A stretch of 64,000 nucleotides of DNA, taken from contig NC_057750.1 in the NCBI RefSeq assembly GCF_004010195.1, positions 15,527,335-15,591,334 on the forward strand, given 5' to 3'. This document shows positions 13,281 to 26,112 of this stretch, one piece after another. The notes under the pieces were generated by a model. The model ran no database searches. It had not been told where the DNA came from and saw only the letters and a list, made by a program, of their open reading frames with translations. How positions within the stretch are numbered: position 1 is the first letter of the stretch; each line of letters opens with the position of its first letter. The translations under genes were made by a program, and so were the position numbers. Source of the stretch: Chiloscyllium plagiosum. Lineage: Eukaryota.

Positions 13281-14121
13281 ACAACTAGATGTATAAAGGG
13301 TATCAAAATAAATTAATGAAGGAGAAAGGTACAACTGAAAAGAAAACACATGCAGTTGAAGCTTTTCATCTTGTACTCATAAAGACAGAAATGCAAGAAT
13401 GCCAAATTTCAAATGAGGGAACAATAGTTTACACTGCATGAGAAAACTATATTGATTGGTTTGCAAGCAGACTCTGAATGATCGAGAAGTTGCGATGGAA
13501 AATGCATTAGGGAACAATTAGCTTCCTTACTTTTGTTTAACTGGAAAATATACAATGGCTTGAGATGTCCTTTAAAGATGATAGGGTAAACAGGGAGTAT
13601 GAGGCAACTATCTTGTTGGCTTGAGGTTTTCCCCCAGTGAGTGTCTGCGTATGTTACACTTTACTCAGTGAGACCAACATATCCTTTTCCTTGCAGGTTG
13701 TAACCTGGAATTATAGATGGTGATAGTTGAGGATTAAATGTTTTTTCTGTTCCTTGACTGACCAGAGACCTCTACTGCTGTGTGTTGGGAAGAATTTACA
13801 AGTTGATCCTTGACCTATTTAGCTGCTTCATGAAAGCAACTTAATTTGTCCTGGAGTGGGACTTGAACCTGGAGGTTCTAGTGCAGAGGCAGGGACACTA
13901 CATATTTCACCACAAGCCCTTTCTTTGTGAGGACCTGTCTACATAGTCAGTTTTGAACTGGTGGCCTCCCTGCGAGTATTTGATCAGGTTTCTTCCACAC
14001 CCTACAATCTTTAGTGTCACAACAAATATCTCATCACAGAAATTGTCCAGGACAGCTCAATAAGAATACAGAGGGTTACAGCTCAGTCTGATAGAGATCA
14101 TGGATGAAATGATCTGTTGGG

Positions 14122-14424
14122 TTAGATTAGATTACTTACAGTGTGGAAACAGGCCCTTCGGCCCAACAAGTCCACACCGACCCTCCGAAGAGCAACCCAC
14201 CCAACCCATTCCCCGACATTTACCCCTTCACCTAACACTATGGGCAATTTAGCATGGCCAATTCACCTAACCTGCACATCTTTGGACTGTGGGAAGAAAC
14301 CGGAGCACCCAGAGGAAACCCACGCAGACATGGGGAGAATGTGCAAACTCCACACAGTTGTCTGAGGCAGGAATTGAACCTGAGTCTCTGGCGCTGTGAG
14401 GCAACAGTGCCATCGTGCCACCAT
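14122..14424 (-). mobile_element. tRNA-derived SINE (HE1/V-SINE-like)
   Basis: (ttaga)n tail, core and tRNA-like head on the minus strand. Confidence 0.9.
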
Positions 14425-15019
14425 GTAGAGGATGACAGCTGTCAGTGCAAACAGGAGAGAAGGAGAGGCCAATTGATGGCCATAGTTTTATATTTAACTT
14501 TTAAAAGTTTATAACGTGCAGGCTAGGATTTGGGTGTGGGACTGAGGAGATTGCGTGGTGATGGTCTCCACCAGGTTTAAGCTGTTGGAAAGACAAGCAC
14601 ACATTGAGACAACTTTCTCTTGCATGCTCTGATAAATCTACACAGCCCAGATCAAATGTAGGCAATGATTAGCAATACACACATTAGCTGTCTGATTCGA
14701 CATTGCTGGAGAAATGCAGCAGGCCTGGCAGCAGAACTGAAGAAGGTTCACTGGACTCAAAACAATAATTCTGCTTTCTATCCACAGATGATGCCAGACC
14801 TGCTGAGTTTCTCCAGAAATCTGTCTTCTCCCTTTTATGCTTGCCGAGCTTTTCTTAAATCCACTTATTGTTCACTTCAACCACTCCCTACGATAGCAAC
14901 CTCCACATACTCACCACTCCCTGAATAGTTATGTGCTTTCTGAATTATCCATTGGATTTCTTGTTGACTAACTTATATTGACGGCCTCTATTTACTCTTC
15001 CTCACAAGAGATAAACCCT

Positions 15020-17310
15020 AGTTCAATGGAGAGTGCAGGAGGGCATGACAGGAGCCGCACACCAGGCATACCTAAAAATGAGGTGCCAACCTGGTGGAGC
15101 TACCAGACAGGACGACTTGTGTGCCAAACAGCATAAACAGCAAATGATAGACAGAACTCAGTGATCCCCGTACCAACAGAACAGATCCTAGCTCTGCAGT
15201 CCTGCCACATCCGGTCAGGAATGGTGGTGGAAAATCAAACAATCCTCACTGGAGGAGGAGGGACCACAAATATCCTCATCCTTAATGATGTGACAGCCCA
15301 GCACATCAGTGCAAAAGATAAGGCTGAAGCATTCGCAACAATCCTCAGCCAGAGGTGTCGAGCGTATGATTAATCTCAGCCTCCTCCACTGGTCCCCAGC
15401 ATCACAGCTGCCATCCATCAGCTAATTCAATTCATCCCACGTGATGCCAAGACTCACTAGAGACACTGGATACTAGAAAGGCTATGGGCTCTGACAAGGT
15501 TCCAGTAATAGTGCTAAAGTCCTGTGCTCCAGAATTTGCCACTCCCTTAGCCAAGCTCTTCCAGTACAGGTACAACACTGACAATGTGGAAAATTGCCCG
15601 GGTATGTTCAGTGGACAAAAAGCAGGACAAATCCAACCCGGCCAATTACTGCCCTATCAGTCTACTCTCAATCATCAGTAAAGTGATGTAAGGTGTCATC
15701 AACAGTTCTCTCATGCAGCACCTGCTCAGCAATAACCTGCTCAGTGACGCCCAGTTTGGGTTCCGTCAGGGCCACTCAGCTCCTGACCACATTACAACCT
15801 TGGTTCAATAATGGACAGAAGAGCTGAATTCCAGAGGGGAAGTGAGAGTGACAGGCTTTGACATGAAGGTCTCATTTGATCGAGTGTGACATCAAGGAGC
15901 CCTAGCAAAACTGGAATCAATGGGTATCAGGGGGAAAACTGTCCACTGATTGGAGTCATACCTGGCACATGGGGAGATGGTTATGGTTATTGGAGGTCAG
16001 TCATTTCATCTCCAGGATATCTTTGCAGGAGTTCCTCAGGGTAGTGTCCTAGGCCCAACCATCTTCAGCTGCTTCATCATAAAATGGAGGAGCAGAATTA
16101 GGTCATTCAGCCTATTGAATCTTCTCCCCATTCGATCATGGCTGATATGTTTCTCAAACTCATTCTCCTGCCTTCTCCCGATAACCCTTGATCCGCTTAC
16201 TAATCAAGAACTTATCTAGCTCTGTCTTAAATACATTCAATGTTTTGGCCTCCACAGCCTTCAGTGGCAATGAGTTCCACAGATTCACCATCTTCTGGCT
16301 GAAGAAGTTCCTCCTCGTCTCAGTTCTAAAGGTTCAATGAGCTTCCTTCCATCAGAATATCAGAAGTGGGATATTCGCCGATGATTGCACAAAGCTCAGC
16401 ACCAGTCATGATTCTCCAGATATTGAAGCAGTCCATGCTTAAGTACAACAAGATTGGGACAATATCCAGCTTTGGGCTGAAAAGTGGCAAGTAACCTTTG
16501 CACTGCACACATGCTAGTCAAAGACCATCTTCAATAAAACACAAATCGAACCATTGCCCTTTGACATTCAACAGTGTCACCATCACTGAAGCCCCACTGT
16601 TAAGATGCTGGGGTTACCATTCACTCCAAACTCAGCTGGGTTCACCACAAAATGACAGTGACTACAAAAACAGGTTGGAGATTAGGAATACTGTGGGAAG
16701 TAACCCACCTCCCAGGAGCCTGTCAGCAGTGCAATGAAACACACCTCATTTGCCTAGATAGGTGCAGCTCCAACAAGACTCAAGAAGCTCATCACCATCC
16801 AGGAGAAAGTGGTGCCAGAGTGTGGCAACACTTGAAGCTTTCCATTGTAGTTTCCCTTAAATATAAGTGACCATAAATCATTCAATTCAATTCAATACTT
16901 GATTGGCATCACACGCACAAACATCCATTCCTCCACCATCAACACTCAGTAGAGGCAGTGTGTGCTGTCTACAAGATGCACTGTAGAAATTTACCAAAGA
17001 CCTTGAGACAGTACCTTTCAAACCCACAAATATTTCCATCTAAAAGGACAAGGGCAATAAATACAGGGAGCAACACCACCTGTAATTTCCCCTCCAAGCC
17101 ACTCACCATCCTGACTTGGAAGTACATCACCATTCCTTCACTGTCACTGGGTCAAAATCCTGGAATTCACTCCTAATAACATTGTGGGTGTACTTACTGC
17201 ACATGGACTGCAGCGGTTCAAGATGGCAGATCAACCCCACTTTCTCAAGGCCAACTAATAACAGGCAATAAGTCCTGGTCCAGCAATGACACCCACAGTT
17301 GAGTGAATTT
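15020..17310 (+). mobile_element. CR1/L2-group LINE (family B), degenerate RT; interrupted by a minus-strand CR1 tail at ~16080-16330
   Basis: VLKSCAPEFATPLAKLFQY, NPANYCPISLL and [19 protein letters not shown] motifs; second copy at ~59900-60940. Confidence 0.85.
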
Positions 17311-17439
17311 TAAAAATCATATCAGTGTTTTGCATCTGTTAGTGTTTTCTATATGCTGATGTTTTGTATATATTGGTGGTTTGTCTATGCCAATGTTTTG
17401 TACATACTGGTATTTTGTATAATGTGTACCTATACATAA

Positions 17440-17900
17440 GGGAGAAAGAGTGACCGAGGTAGGGAGATGGAAGAAGGATTTGATTGAAGGACACAGAAAC
17501 TGAAGAACCTTGTATCTGAGGGATGGGAAACTTGGGGATGACGGGAATGAGGGAGGGAAGACAGACAGAAGACTGAGAGAGAAGGCTGAGAGAGAAGAAA
17601 TCTCTCTCGGGCCTGGACCCACCACAATAACGAAGAAAATGCCACATGGAGTCACATGAAGATGACGGGGGAGACTCATGGAAGGGGAGATTAATAGAGA
17701 GGAGAGTAAAATGGGAGAAACTCAGAAGGTGGAAGAGGAAAAATGAGGGTGTGGAAAACAAACCCTTGGCAGAAAAACTGAGGAAAGGGGAGACTGAAGC
17801 GAAGGGAGACTAAGGGGGAAGAGACTGAGGGAAGGCAGAGACATGGAGAATAGACTGAGAAGAGAGACTGAGAGAAGAAAGACTGAGGAAGTAGGAAATC
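17440..17900. repeat. Purine-rich low-complexity tract with degenerate gagactga(g/a) repeats
   Basis: Strongly G+A on the + strand, with repeated agactgag/agactgaa words. Confidence 0.7.
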
Positions 17901-19694
17901 TAAAACACATATAACTACGTTATGTATAGGCATCTATATCTGTGTGAAAGTATAACCCAGTCAATGTAAATGTAGATGTTCCCATGTTTATGTACTCATT
18001 TATCTGTGTTTATGTTTAAATGCTCAATATCTGTGTTGATATCAGCACATAGCTAGGTATAAGGACATAATAAAAGTAGGGTTTATACCATTCGGCTCAT
18101 CAAACCTGCTTCAATGACCAATGACTGATGATCTTGAGTTTCAACTCCACTTTGTCACCTGTACCCGATTCCTGAGAGATCAAAATTTTATCTCAGTCCT
18201 GAATCTATTCAATAATGGAGCATCACCACTCTGTGGGGTGGGGATTTCCTTAAATTCACAACTTTCTGAATGAAAAGCTTTCTCCTCATCCCAATCTTAA
18301 ACAAGCGATCCTTTTTCCTGAGTGTGTGTCCCTGAGCTTTAGGTTCCCCAGCCCAGGGGAAATAATCCCTCAGTTTTGGCCTTGACAAATTCCTTCAGAT
18401 CAGGGAATGTTTCAAAATGAGCCCCTCTCTTTTTAGGTTTATGAGAGAATGGGCCCAACCTCTCATCATAGGACAACCTTCTGATCCCAGGGACCAATCA
18501 GTGACATTTACATGGACTGCCTCTAAGGCAAGTGTATGCTTCCTTTAATATGGAGACTGGAAATGCACATGGTATTTCAGGCATATTCTCAGCAAGAAGG
18601 ATTTATACAATTACAGCCAGACTTCCTTAATCCTTACTCCAAACTATTTGCAAACGATCAGTATCCCACTTACCTTCCCAATGACATATTGTATCTGAAT
18701 GCTAACCAGTTGTGTTCTTTGTACAAGGATACCCAGTATATTTGAATATCAAAATTTTCAAGTTTTTAAAATAAATATTCTGCTTTTCCGTGCATATAAC
18801 CAAAGCAAATAATCCCACATGATTCCCTTCCCCCTGCCATCTTGTTGTTCGTGAGGAGGTGCTGGTGCACTGGTTATGTCACTGGGTTCACTATCCAGCA
18901 TCCTGGGGACATGGGTTGCAATGGTAGAAGGTGAAATTTTAATTCAATATTTTTCTTAAAAAAGTGAATTAAAAGCTAATATCTGGTTGCTTAGAACCCC
19001 TTTTTGCTTCAGTAATGCCTTTTTGAGAAGGAAATCTGCCATTCTTACCTCTGACTTCAATTCTCCATCAATATCTTAACTAAAAACTGAAAGAACTGCG
19101 GATGTTGCAAATCAGAAACAAAAACAGAAATTTTTGGAAAGCTCATTAGGTCTAGCAGCATCTATGGAGACAAATAGGACTTAACATTTTGGATCAAGTG
19201 ACCCTTCCTCAGAATGTTCTCAACCCAAAATGTTAACTCTTAATTGCCCTCTTGGCAATTAGAGATGGGAAGTAAATGCTGGACTAGCCAGTAATGCCCA
19301 AGAAACATGAATGATTGTTTAAAAACGCTTAGTGAATCTAACTACATCTCTGTAGTGCCTATCTCTCCTCACATTTACTTTCCCATCTCACATTGTACTG
19401 TTAGCAAACTTGAATATGTTATTCAGTGGCTTCATCTAAGTCATTGGTATAGATTGTAAATAGCTGAGGCCCGAGCACAGATCCTCCTGGCACTCCACTC
19501 AAGACTGTCACCTTACAAAATGACTCTGTACTTCCTGCCCAGCCACCAACCTACTGGCCATGCCACCATGTTACTCCCCAACTCAATGCGCTTTTGCCTT
19601 GTGTATTAATACTTGATGTGGAACCTTATCTAATGCTTTTTAGAAGTCCAAGTGTTCTACATCTTCTGGTTCCCCTTTATCAACCCTAGTCAGA

Positions 19695-20100
19695 GTCAGC
19701 CAGGGCTCACTTGCTCAACCTTTCACCTCTGAGTCCCAAGTGACTCTGAGTTTCATTCATTTTCCAGGACTGAGTACAAAAATCCAGGCTGATACCCCGG
19801 TGCAGTACTGATGAAACACTACTGAAGGTGTTGCCTTTTGGATAAAACATTAAGCCAAGGCCTATGTCAATGCCCTCAGATATATAAAAATATGAAAGCT
19901 CCCAGGGCACTATGCTGAAGAAGAGCTGGGGGACTCTCCCTAGTGTGCTGACCAATCTTTATGCTTCTATTTGTGGAAGCTTAGTCTGTATTAATTATGT
20001 ACCATGCTTCCTATGTCACAACATTCTCCACACGTCAACTAAATACTGAATTGACTGTAAAGTATTTTGAGACATCATGTGGTTGTGAAAGGAGTGATAT
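19695..20100 (+). mobile_element. DeuSINE-like (SacSINE1-type) ancient SINE
   Basis: aaaatccaggctgataccccggtgcagtactga...gaggtg/ttgccttttggat...ttaagccaaggcc...gaagaagagc. Related decayed copies at ~29955-30290 (+), ~48890-49250 (+) and ~56890-57110 (-). Family assignment from memory. Confidence 0.6.
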
Positions 20101-20680
20101 TAAACCAAGTTGTTTCTTTTTCTTTCACTCATTACACCCGCAAAACCTCCTCTAATAAATCTGTTCAATGCAATCTCCTTTTCGTAAAAAACAGGTTGAC
20201 TTGGTCCAATTCCATTTTGATTTTCTGAGTGCACTGTTATCACTTGCATAATGATATATCCCAGAATTTTCCTGACAACTGATGTTAGACCAATAGGCCT
20301 GTAGTTCCTCGTTTTCCTTCCTCCCTCCTTTCTTGAATAGCTATATTCCTTTTGCTGAGTTCCAAACTTCTGGACCATTTCAGAATCAAGGGAATTGTGG
20401 GAAATCTAAACCCACTTTTTCGGCAGCTCCCTCTTTTAGAACCCGAGGATGTAGGCCTTTGGTTCCTGGGGATTTCTCCTCTTTCAGCCCTTGAAGTTTC
20501 TCTGACACTTTGCTGATATTAATTACTTTAAGTTTCTCACTCTTAATAGTCCCCCAATTACCCTCTATTTCTGACACATAATTAGTGTATTCTATTGTGA
20601 AGACAGAAATGAGGCACTTGTCTAACACATCTGTCATTTCTTCATTTCACAATGATAACTTCTCCAATCTCTGCCTCTAA
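20100..20680 (-). mobile_element. CR1 ORF2 RT fragment
   Basis: KSPGTKGLHPRVLKE and RNYRPIGLTSVVRKIL. Confidence 0.85.
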
Positions 20681-20758
20681 GACATTAAAGTAACGTGGAG
20701 GCGTGGTGCAATAACTGTACAGAGGCCGGTTTCCGGCATCAAGTCACTCTTTATTTAC

Positions 20759-21138
20759 GATTCAGAGATGCCGGTGTTGGACTGGGGTGTACAAAGTTAA
20801 AAATCACACAACACCAGGTTATAGTCCAACAGGTTTAATTGGAAGCACACTAGCTTTCGGAGCGACGCTCCCCTGGTGTGTGATTTTTAACTCTTTATTT
20901 ACAAGTGAGTGAGTCTCTCTCTCACTCCAACCTCCAGGTCATCTTCTCTGCCCTGAAGCTCACTCTCAGCTACCTTCCCACACCTCCCCCACCCCAGTCC
21001 CACACCCCTCCCATTTATCTCTCCACCCACGAGGCTCTCAGCCTCATTCTTGATGAAGGGCTTTTGCCCAAAACATTGATTTTCCTGCTCCTTGGATGCT
21101 GTCTGACCTGCTGTGCTTTTCCAGCACCACACTCTTGA
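20759..21138. mobile_element. Two adjacent Penelope pLTR-derived insertions from different families
   Basis: 20759-20889 has inverted ends (aaaaatcacacaacaccagg / cctggtgtgtgatttttaac) and tagctttcggagcgacgctcc. 20903-21138 is a family-B 3' end with a decayed ttgatgaagggcttttgcccaaaac. CTTTATTTAC occurs at all three junctions. Confidence 0.7.
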
Positions 21139-21820
21139 CTTTATTTACGCGTGCACATTTAATGTTCCTGGCTAGTTTACTGTCATTTTCTTTTATTTAA
21201 CATATGTATTGGCTTCAAAAACTTACTAATCACTATTCTTCGTCATATTATAAACCTTTTCTTTTAATTTATTTTTGAATAGTTTTCTTTTTCGAAAATT
21301 TTGAATCATTTCTTTTCCCGCTATTGATTCACCACTGTACCTTTTAGTTTGTTTATTCTTTCAGTATTAGTCAGCTCTGTCTCATGTCTATGTATGTCAT
21401 TCTTTCCATTCTTGTTTCTGAGGGTTAGACCATGTTCTTCTACTTACGGGCAATGTACTGCAGAGGTTTGCCATTGCTGACCAGGAGACACTTAGTGCCT
21501 GCCTTCAGGTATATTGGAATTCTAATTTCCAGGATGACAAACAATCTTTTGGCCACATTATAAACTGACCTTTCTCACCCACTGACCCAGAAGCACTCTG
21601 CCATTTTACCACATGATCGCCATTGTATCTGTATAATTGTCTTTTAGATTATTGTTTTGTACTTGAATATATCACTGTCCAATTTAAAATATAATTTGTA
21701 TTATGATCAATTTTTCTCAGATGATCTTTTCTTATGACATTGTGAATTAGCTCTACCTTGGTGCACAGTACTCAATTTAAATTAGTTTCATCCCTAAATG
21801 GTTCCACAGTTTAATATTCA

Positions 21821-22150
21821 TAGAATCCCAAAAGTGTGGAAGCAGACCATTTGGCCCATGTGACCCTCCAAAGAGCATCCCACACAGACCCACCCCAACC
21901 CTGTAATCTTGCATTTCCCAAGGGCAATCCCACTCACCTACACATCCCTGGACATTATGGGCAATTTAGCATGGCCAATCCGCCTAACCTGCACATCTTT
22001 AGATTGTGGGAGGAAACCGGAGGACCCAGAGGAAACCCACGCAGATATGGGGAGGAGATGCAACCTCCACATAGTCAGCCAAGGTTGGAATCAAACCTGG
22101 GTCCCTGGTGCTGTGAAGAAGCAGTGCTAACCACTGAGCCACCATGCCAC
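21821..22150 (-). mobile_element. tRNA-derived SINE (HE1/V-SINE-like)
   Basis: Head, core and tail motifs on the minus strand. Confidence 0.85.
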
Positions 22151-22648
22151 TCCTTCAGATGATCAAGGTATGACATCATGAGTTTACTCTACTTTGGTCC
22201 AAGGTACACAATTTTAAATAGCTTCATCCCTAAATGGTTCCATAGTTTAATATTCAAGGTAAGTGTCACACAAACTTTCAACAAACTCACCTTCCAGAAA
22301 CCTTTAACAATTTTAGTATGTCCAACTGGGATCAAGAGAGACGTCACCCACAATGTGTCCATTGCCTTTGTTACAAGCTCCAATCATTTCTTATTTAATG
22401 CTCTGTCCAGTGATACAACTACTGTTCAGGGTTTTTTTTGGGGGGTGGGGTGGTGGCAGTGTCCATAAATTACATGATTACATGCACTCATATTTCCTCA
22501 CCACTGGTATTCCTAATCTCTGTTAGTACTGATTGATCTACCTGAATTCCTAGCATTTAAACTTAATTCTGCTGCGATTTTTGTGAGGATTTGTAGTTCA
22601 GGTTGTGGCACTGGTTGTAAGTTTGCTCACTGAGCTGGTCGATTTGTT

Positions 22649-22690
22649 CTCAGACGTTTCGTCACCATGATAGGTAACATCATCAGTGAG
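22649..22690 (-). ncRNA. Minimal type I hammerhead ribozyme motif in Penelope pLTR (intact core)
   Basis: Minus strand reads CTCA-CTGATGA-T-GTTACC-TATCAT-GGTGAC-GAAA-CGTC-TGAG: helix I CTCA/TGAG, helix II GTTACC/GGTGAC, GUC cleavage triplet. Confidence 0.75.
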
Positions 22691-23105
22691 CCTCTGTTGA
22701 AGAGCTGGTGTTCTGTCCCGCTTTCTATTTATGTGTCTTGGTCTGTGGTGGTGGATGATATCACTTCAGGTTCTTTTTCTGAGAGGTTGGTAGACGGGGT
22801 CCAAATCGATGTGTTTGTTGATGGAGTTCCGGTTGGAATGCCAGGCTTCTAGGAATTCCCGTGCGTGTCTTTGTTTAGCTTGTCCTACGATGGATGTATT
22901 GTCCCAGTCAAACTGGTATCCCTCTTCATCTGTGTGTAAGGATACTAGTGATAGCTGGTCATGTCTTTTGCTGGCTAGTTGGTGCCCATGTATCCTGGTA
23001 GCTAGTTTTCTGCCTGTCTGTCCGATGTAGTGTTTGTTGCAGTCCTTGCAGGGTATTTTGTATATGATGTTTGTTCTGCTGATTTAGATTTATCAATAGC
23101 TATTT

Positions 23106-23420
23106 CAGTGGCACAGTGGTTAGCACTGCTGCCTCACAGCAGTGACCTGGGTTCAATTCCCGCCTCAGCAACTGTCTGTCTGGAGTTTGCACATTCTCCC
23201 TGTGCCTGCGTGGGTTTCCTCCGAGTGCTCCGGTTTCCTCCCACAGTCCATAAATGTGCAGGTGAGGTGAATTGGCCATGCTAAAATTGCCCGTAGTGTT
23301 AGGTGAAGGAGTAAATTAGGGGAATGGTCAGGGTGGGATGCTCTTTGGAGGGTCGGTGTGGACTTGGGCCGAAGGGCCTGTTTCCACACTGTAAGTAATC
23401 TAATCTAATCTAATCTAATC
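23106..23420 (+). mobile_element. tRNA-derived SINE (HE1/V-SINE-like), inserted in the Penelope ORF
   Basis: A-box tggcacagtgg, B-box ggttcaattcc, (taatc)n tail. Confidence 0.9.
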
Positions 23421-23989
23421 AGTGTGTTGGTAGGTTTGTGGGCTACTATGATGCTAAGGGGCCGGAGTAGTCTGGTTGTCATCTCTGAGATGACTTTAAT
23501 GTTTGGTAATGTGGCTGGAGTCTCTGGGCGTGTTGTGTCCTCTAGTTTAGGTTTGTTGTTTAAGAATCGGCAGACTGTACTTATCAGTTACCCATTGTTC
23601 TTAAATATGTTGCAGAGGTGTTTTTCTTTGGCTTCTCATAGTTCCTGGGTGCTCAGTGTGTTGTGGCTCATTTAAATAATGTCCTAATGCAGCTCTGTTT
23701 GTGGGTTATTTCTGCTGGTCTGTCCCCAAAACATATCTGAACTTTATGAATTGTAGGAGTGAGATGAAGGAGTGTGACATTTGTGTGTGCTTATGGTTGG
23801 AATGGTGCAGTGGGTGTCAGTACTTTGGGTTAGGATCGTGTAAGTGAGGTTAGAGTGGGAGAGGAGTACAATGGGTGGGGCACTGTGGATTGAGCTGAGG
23901 GAAAAGCAACAGATAGAAGAGTTTAGAGCATGGGAGTTTAAACCTAAGGGAAGGGCTGTTGATGGGAATGAATGGGTAGTCAGGGGTTG

Positions 23990-24565
23990 TGGAGTCTTGC
24001 TTTGATTGTACAAGAGCTGGATTGACTGCACCTGGAGTGCTGTGTGCAGTTTTGGTCCCTTTATCTCAAGAAAGACATTATTGCGGGAGAGCAACGAAGG
24101 TCCATTGGACTTGTTCTGGGGATGGGGGTGACTGGCCAATGGAGAGAGATTGGAAAATCTGGGCTTCTATTTTCCAGACTCCTAAAGAGTGAGAGGTGAT
24201 CTCATACAAGGTTCCAAAATGCTGTCAGATAGGTGAGTGGATATATATGTTTCCCCTAGTTGGGAAGACTACAACCAAGGGACCAAGGTTTAGTAATAAG
24301 GGAAATGCTATTTAGAACTGAGTTTAAAGGTTTTTTTATAACTCATAGAATTGTTTACCATTGGAAATCTCTACAATAGAGGACTGTGGAGGCTCAGTTT
24401 TCAGTCTGTTTAAGGTTTGAGATTACAGATTTCTGATTCCCAAAGGTGTACATGGTAATGGGGATTGGGAGTGTAAAAGGCATTGAGTGTTTGACCAATC
24501 GTGATTGTATTGAATGGCAGGATGGGCTCAAAGAGCTGAATGGCTTACTCCGGTTCCTATTCCTA
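23990..24565 (+). mobile_element. Old CR1 3' fragment
   Basis: cacctggagtgctgtgtgcagttttggtcc (HLECCVQFWS) and CR1-type 3' end. Confidence 0.7.
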
Positions 24566-26112
24566 TACGGGAGGAATGAATTTTAGTGGAAAACTGAGAG
24601 GATTAAGAGACTTAGGAAGCAGAAAACAGGTGGAGGCTGTTTTTCTTCTTTATTTGGTTCTGCCAAACATGCTTAAGGTTGTTTTAATGTTTTCTTTATG
24701 CCTTAATTTAATGGGCAAAAAATGGCCCAGGTTCATACTGTTTTCTTGGAACATGCCACTTTTGTTGGCTTGATATTCAAGTAATATATTCAGTCTTATA
24801 AAACAACTGTGGTGATATAAATTCATATATGAATGAAAGACGCTGAACATATTTGGGAATACAGAATGAAATGTACAGCACTTTGGACTTGGTATTTAAT
24901 ATAATTAAATGCCAAATGTACCAGAAGAAAATTAGTTTTTGAAGAAGCTTTGATGAATTACCATCATCATATAATTGTCGGAAGTGATGGATGGGGTGTT
25001 GATCAAGTGGGCTGCTTTGTCGTGGGTGATATTGTCCTGAGTGATTTGGAGCCAAATCCATCTCAGCAAGTGGAGAGTATTCCATCACATTCCTACCTTG
25101 TGCCTTGTGAACAGGCAATAGAGAGGCATTGGATGAGTTACCAGAGAATTCTCAGCTTCCGGTCTCCTCTTGTAGTGACAGTATGTATGTGGCTTGTTCA
25201 ATTTCTGGTCAATGACAACTCACAAGCTAATGTTGTCAACTCAACTGATAAATGTTTGGGATGCAGTGATGTCAAAATTGTATAGAAAATGAAGCCACCC
25301 AGCACACAGGTGGAGGGACTTGTTGAGATTCAACAGCACAACCCAAATTAGTTCCACATTTTGCGTCCTCTGCAAATTAAATTAAAGTATAGTTAACTCT
25401 GGGGAGGGTGGTACACTCTTCCAGAGGACATTGAATGGGATGGACAGACAGATGGGAGGTGCAATTTAATGCAATGAAGAATGAAGTGATTCAGTCCAGG
25501 AGAAAGAATGAGAAGAAGAAACATCAATTAATTCTAAAAGGGGTTCTGGAACAAAGGGAATGGGTGTTTGTCTGCAAGTAAATGAAAAGAGGTAGGAGAG
25601 GTTGAGAAAGTTGTGAAAAAGACATATAGATTCCTGGGTTTATTTTAACAAGTCATAGATTACAATATGATCAAGTATATTAACCAAAACATTGGTCTGG
25701 CTTGAACTGCATTCAACACCAGTAGGAAAGTTGTGAAGGCAATAGCTGGAAAGAGAATGTTTCCAAGATTTTTTTGGATAAATTGGAGAGTTTGGGGGGC
25801 TGTTCTTCTTGGGGGAAAGAAGATAAAGTGGAGAGTTGATTAAAATCATGAGGGGTCTAGATCAAGCAGATGGGGCAAAATTATTCCCATGATTGAAGGA
25901 TCAGGGACAGAAGACACTGATGAAAGATGAATGCGAAAACAACTAAAGGCCACAGGAGAAAAACCTTATTTTATGCAGCAAGTATTCATGACATGAAATG
26001 CACTGCCTCTGAGAGTGTGTTGGAGGCAGGTTCAACTGGGCTTTCAAAAGAGAACAGGATGCAAAAATAGTCAAGGAACAGTAATTCAATGTGAGATTTT
26101 CCTTCAAGAATA

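Larger units (their letters stand above)
22575..23720 (-). mobile_element. Penelope-like element (family A), 3' part with GIY-YIG endonuclease; split by a SINE
   Basis: Minus-strand translation of ~22770-23075 is TNIIYKIPCKDCNKHYIGQTGRKLATRIHGHQ...FDWDNTSIVGQAKQRHAREFLEAWHSNRNSINKHIDLDPVYQPL, followed by the pLTR; same family as 12757-13280. Confidence 0.9.

Noticed and set aside
13350..13390. Further hammerhead-like remnant on the minus strand (ttatgagtacaagatgaaaagctt)
   Set aside because: Core too degraded (no CTGA, weak stem II) to call.
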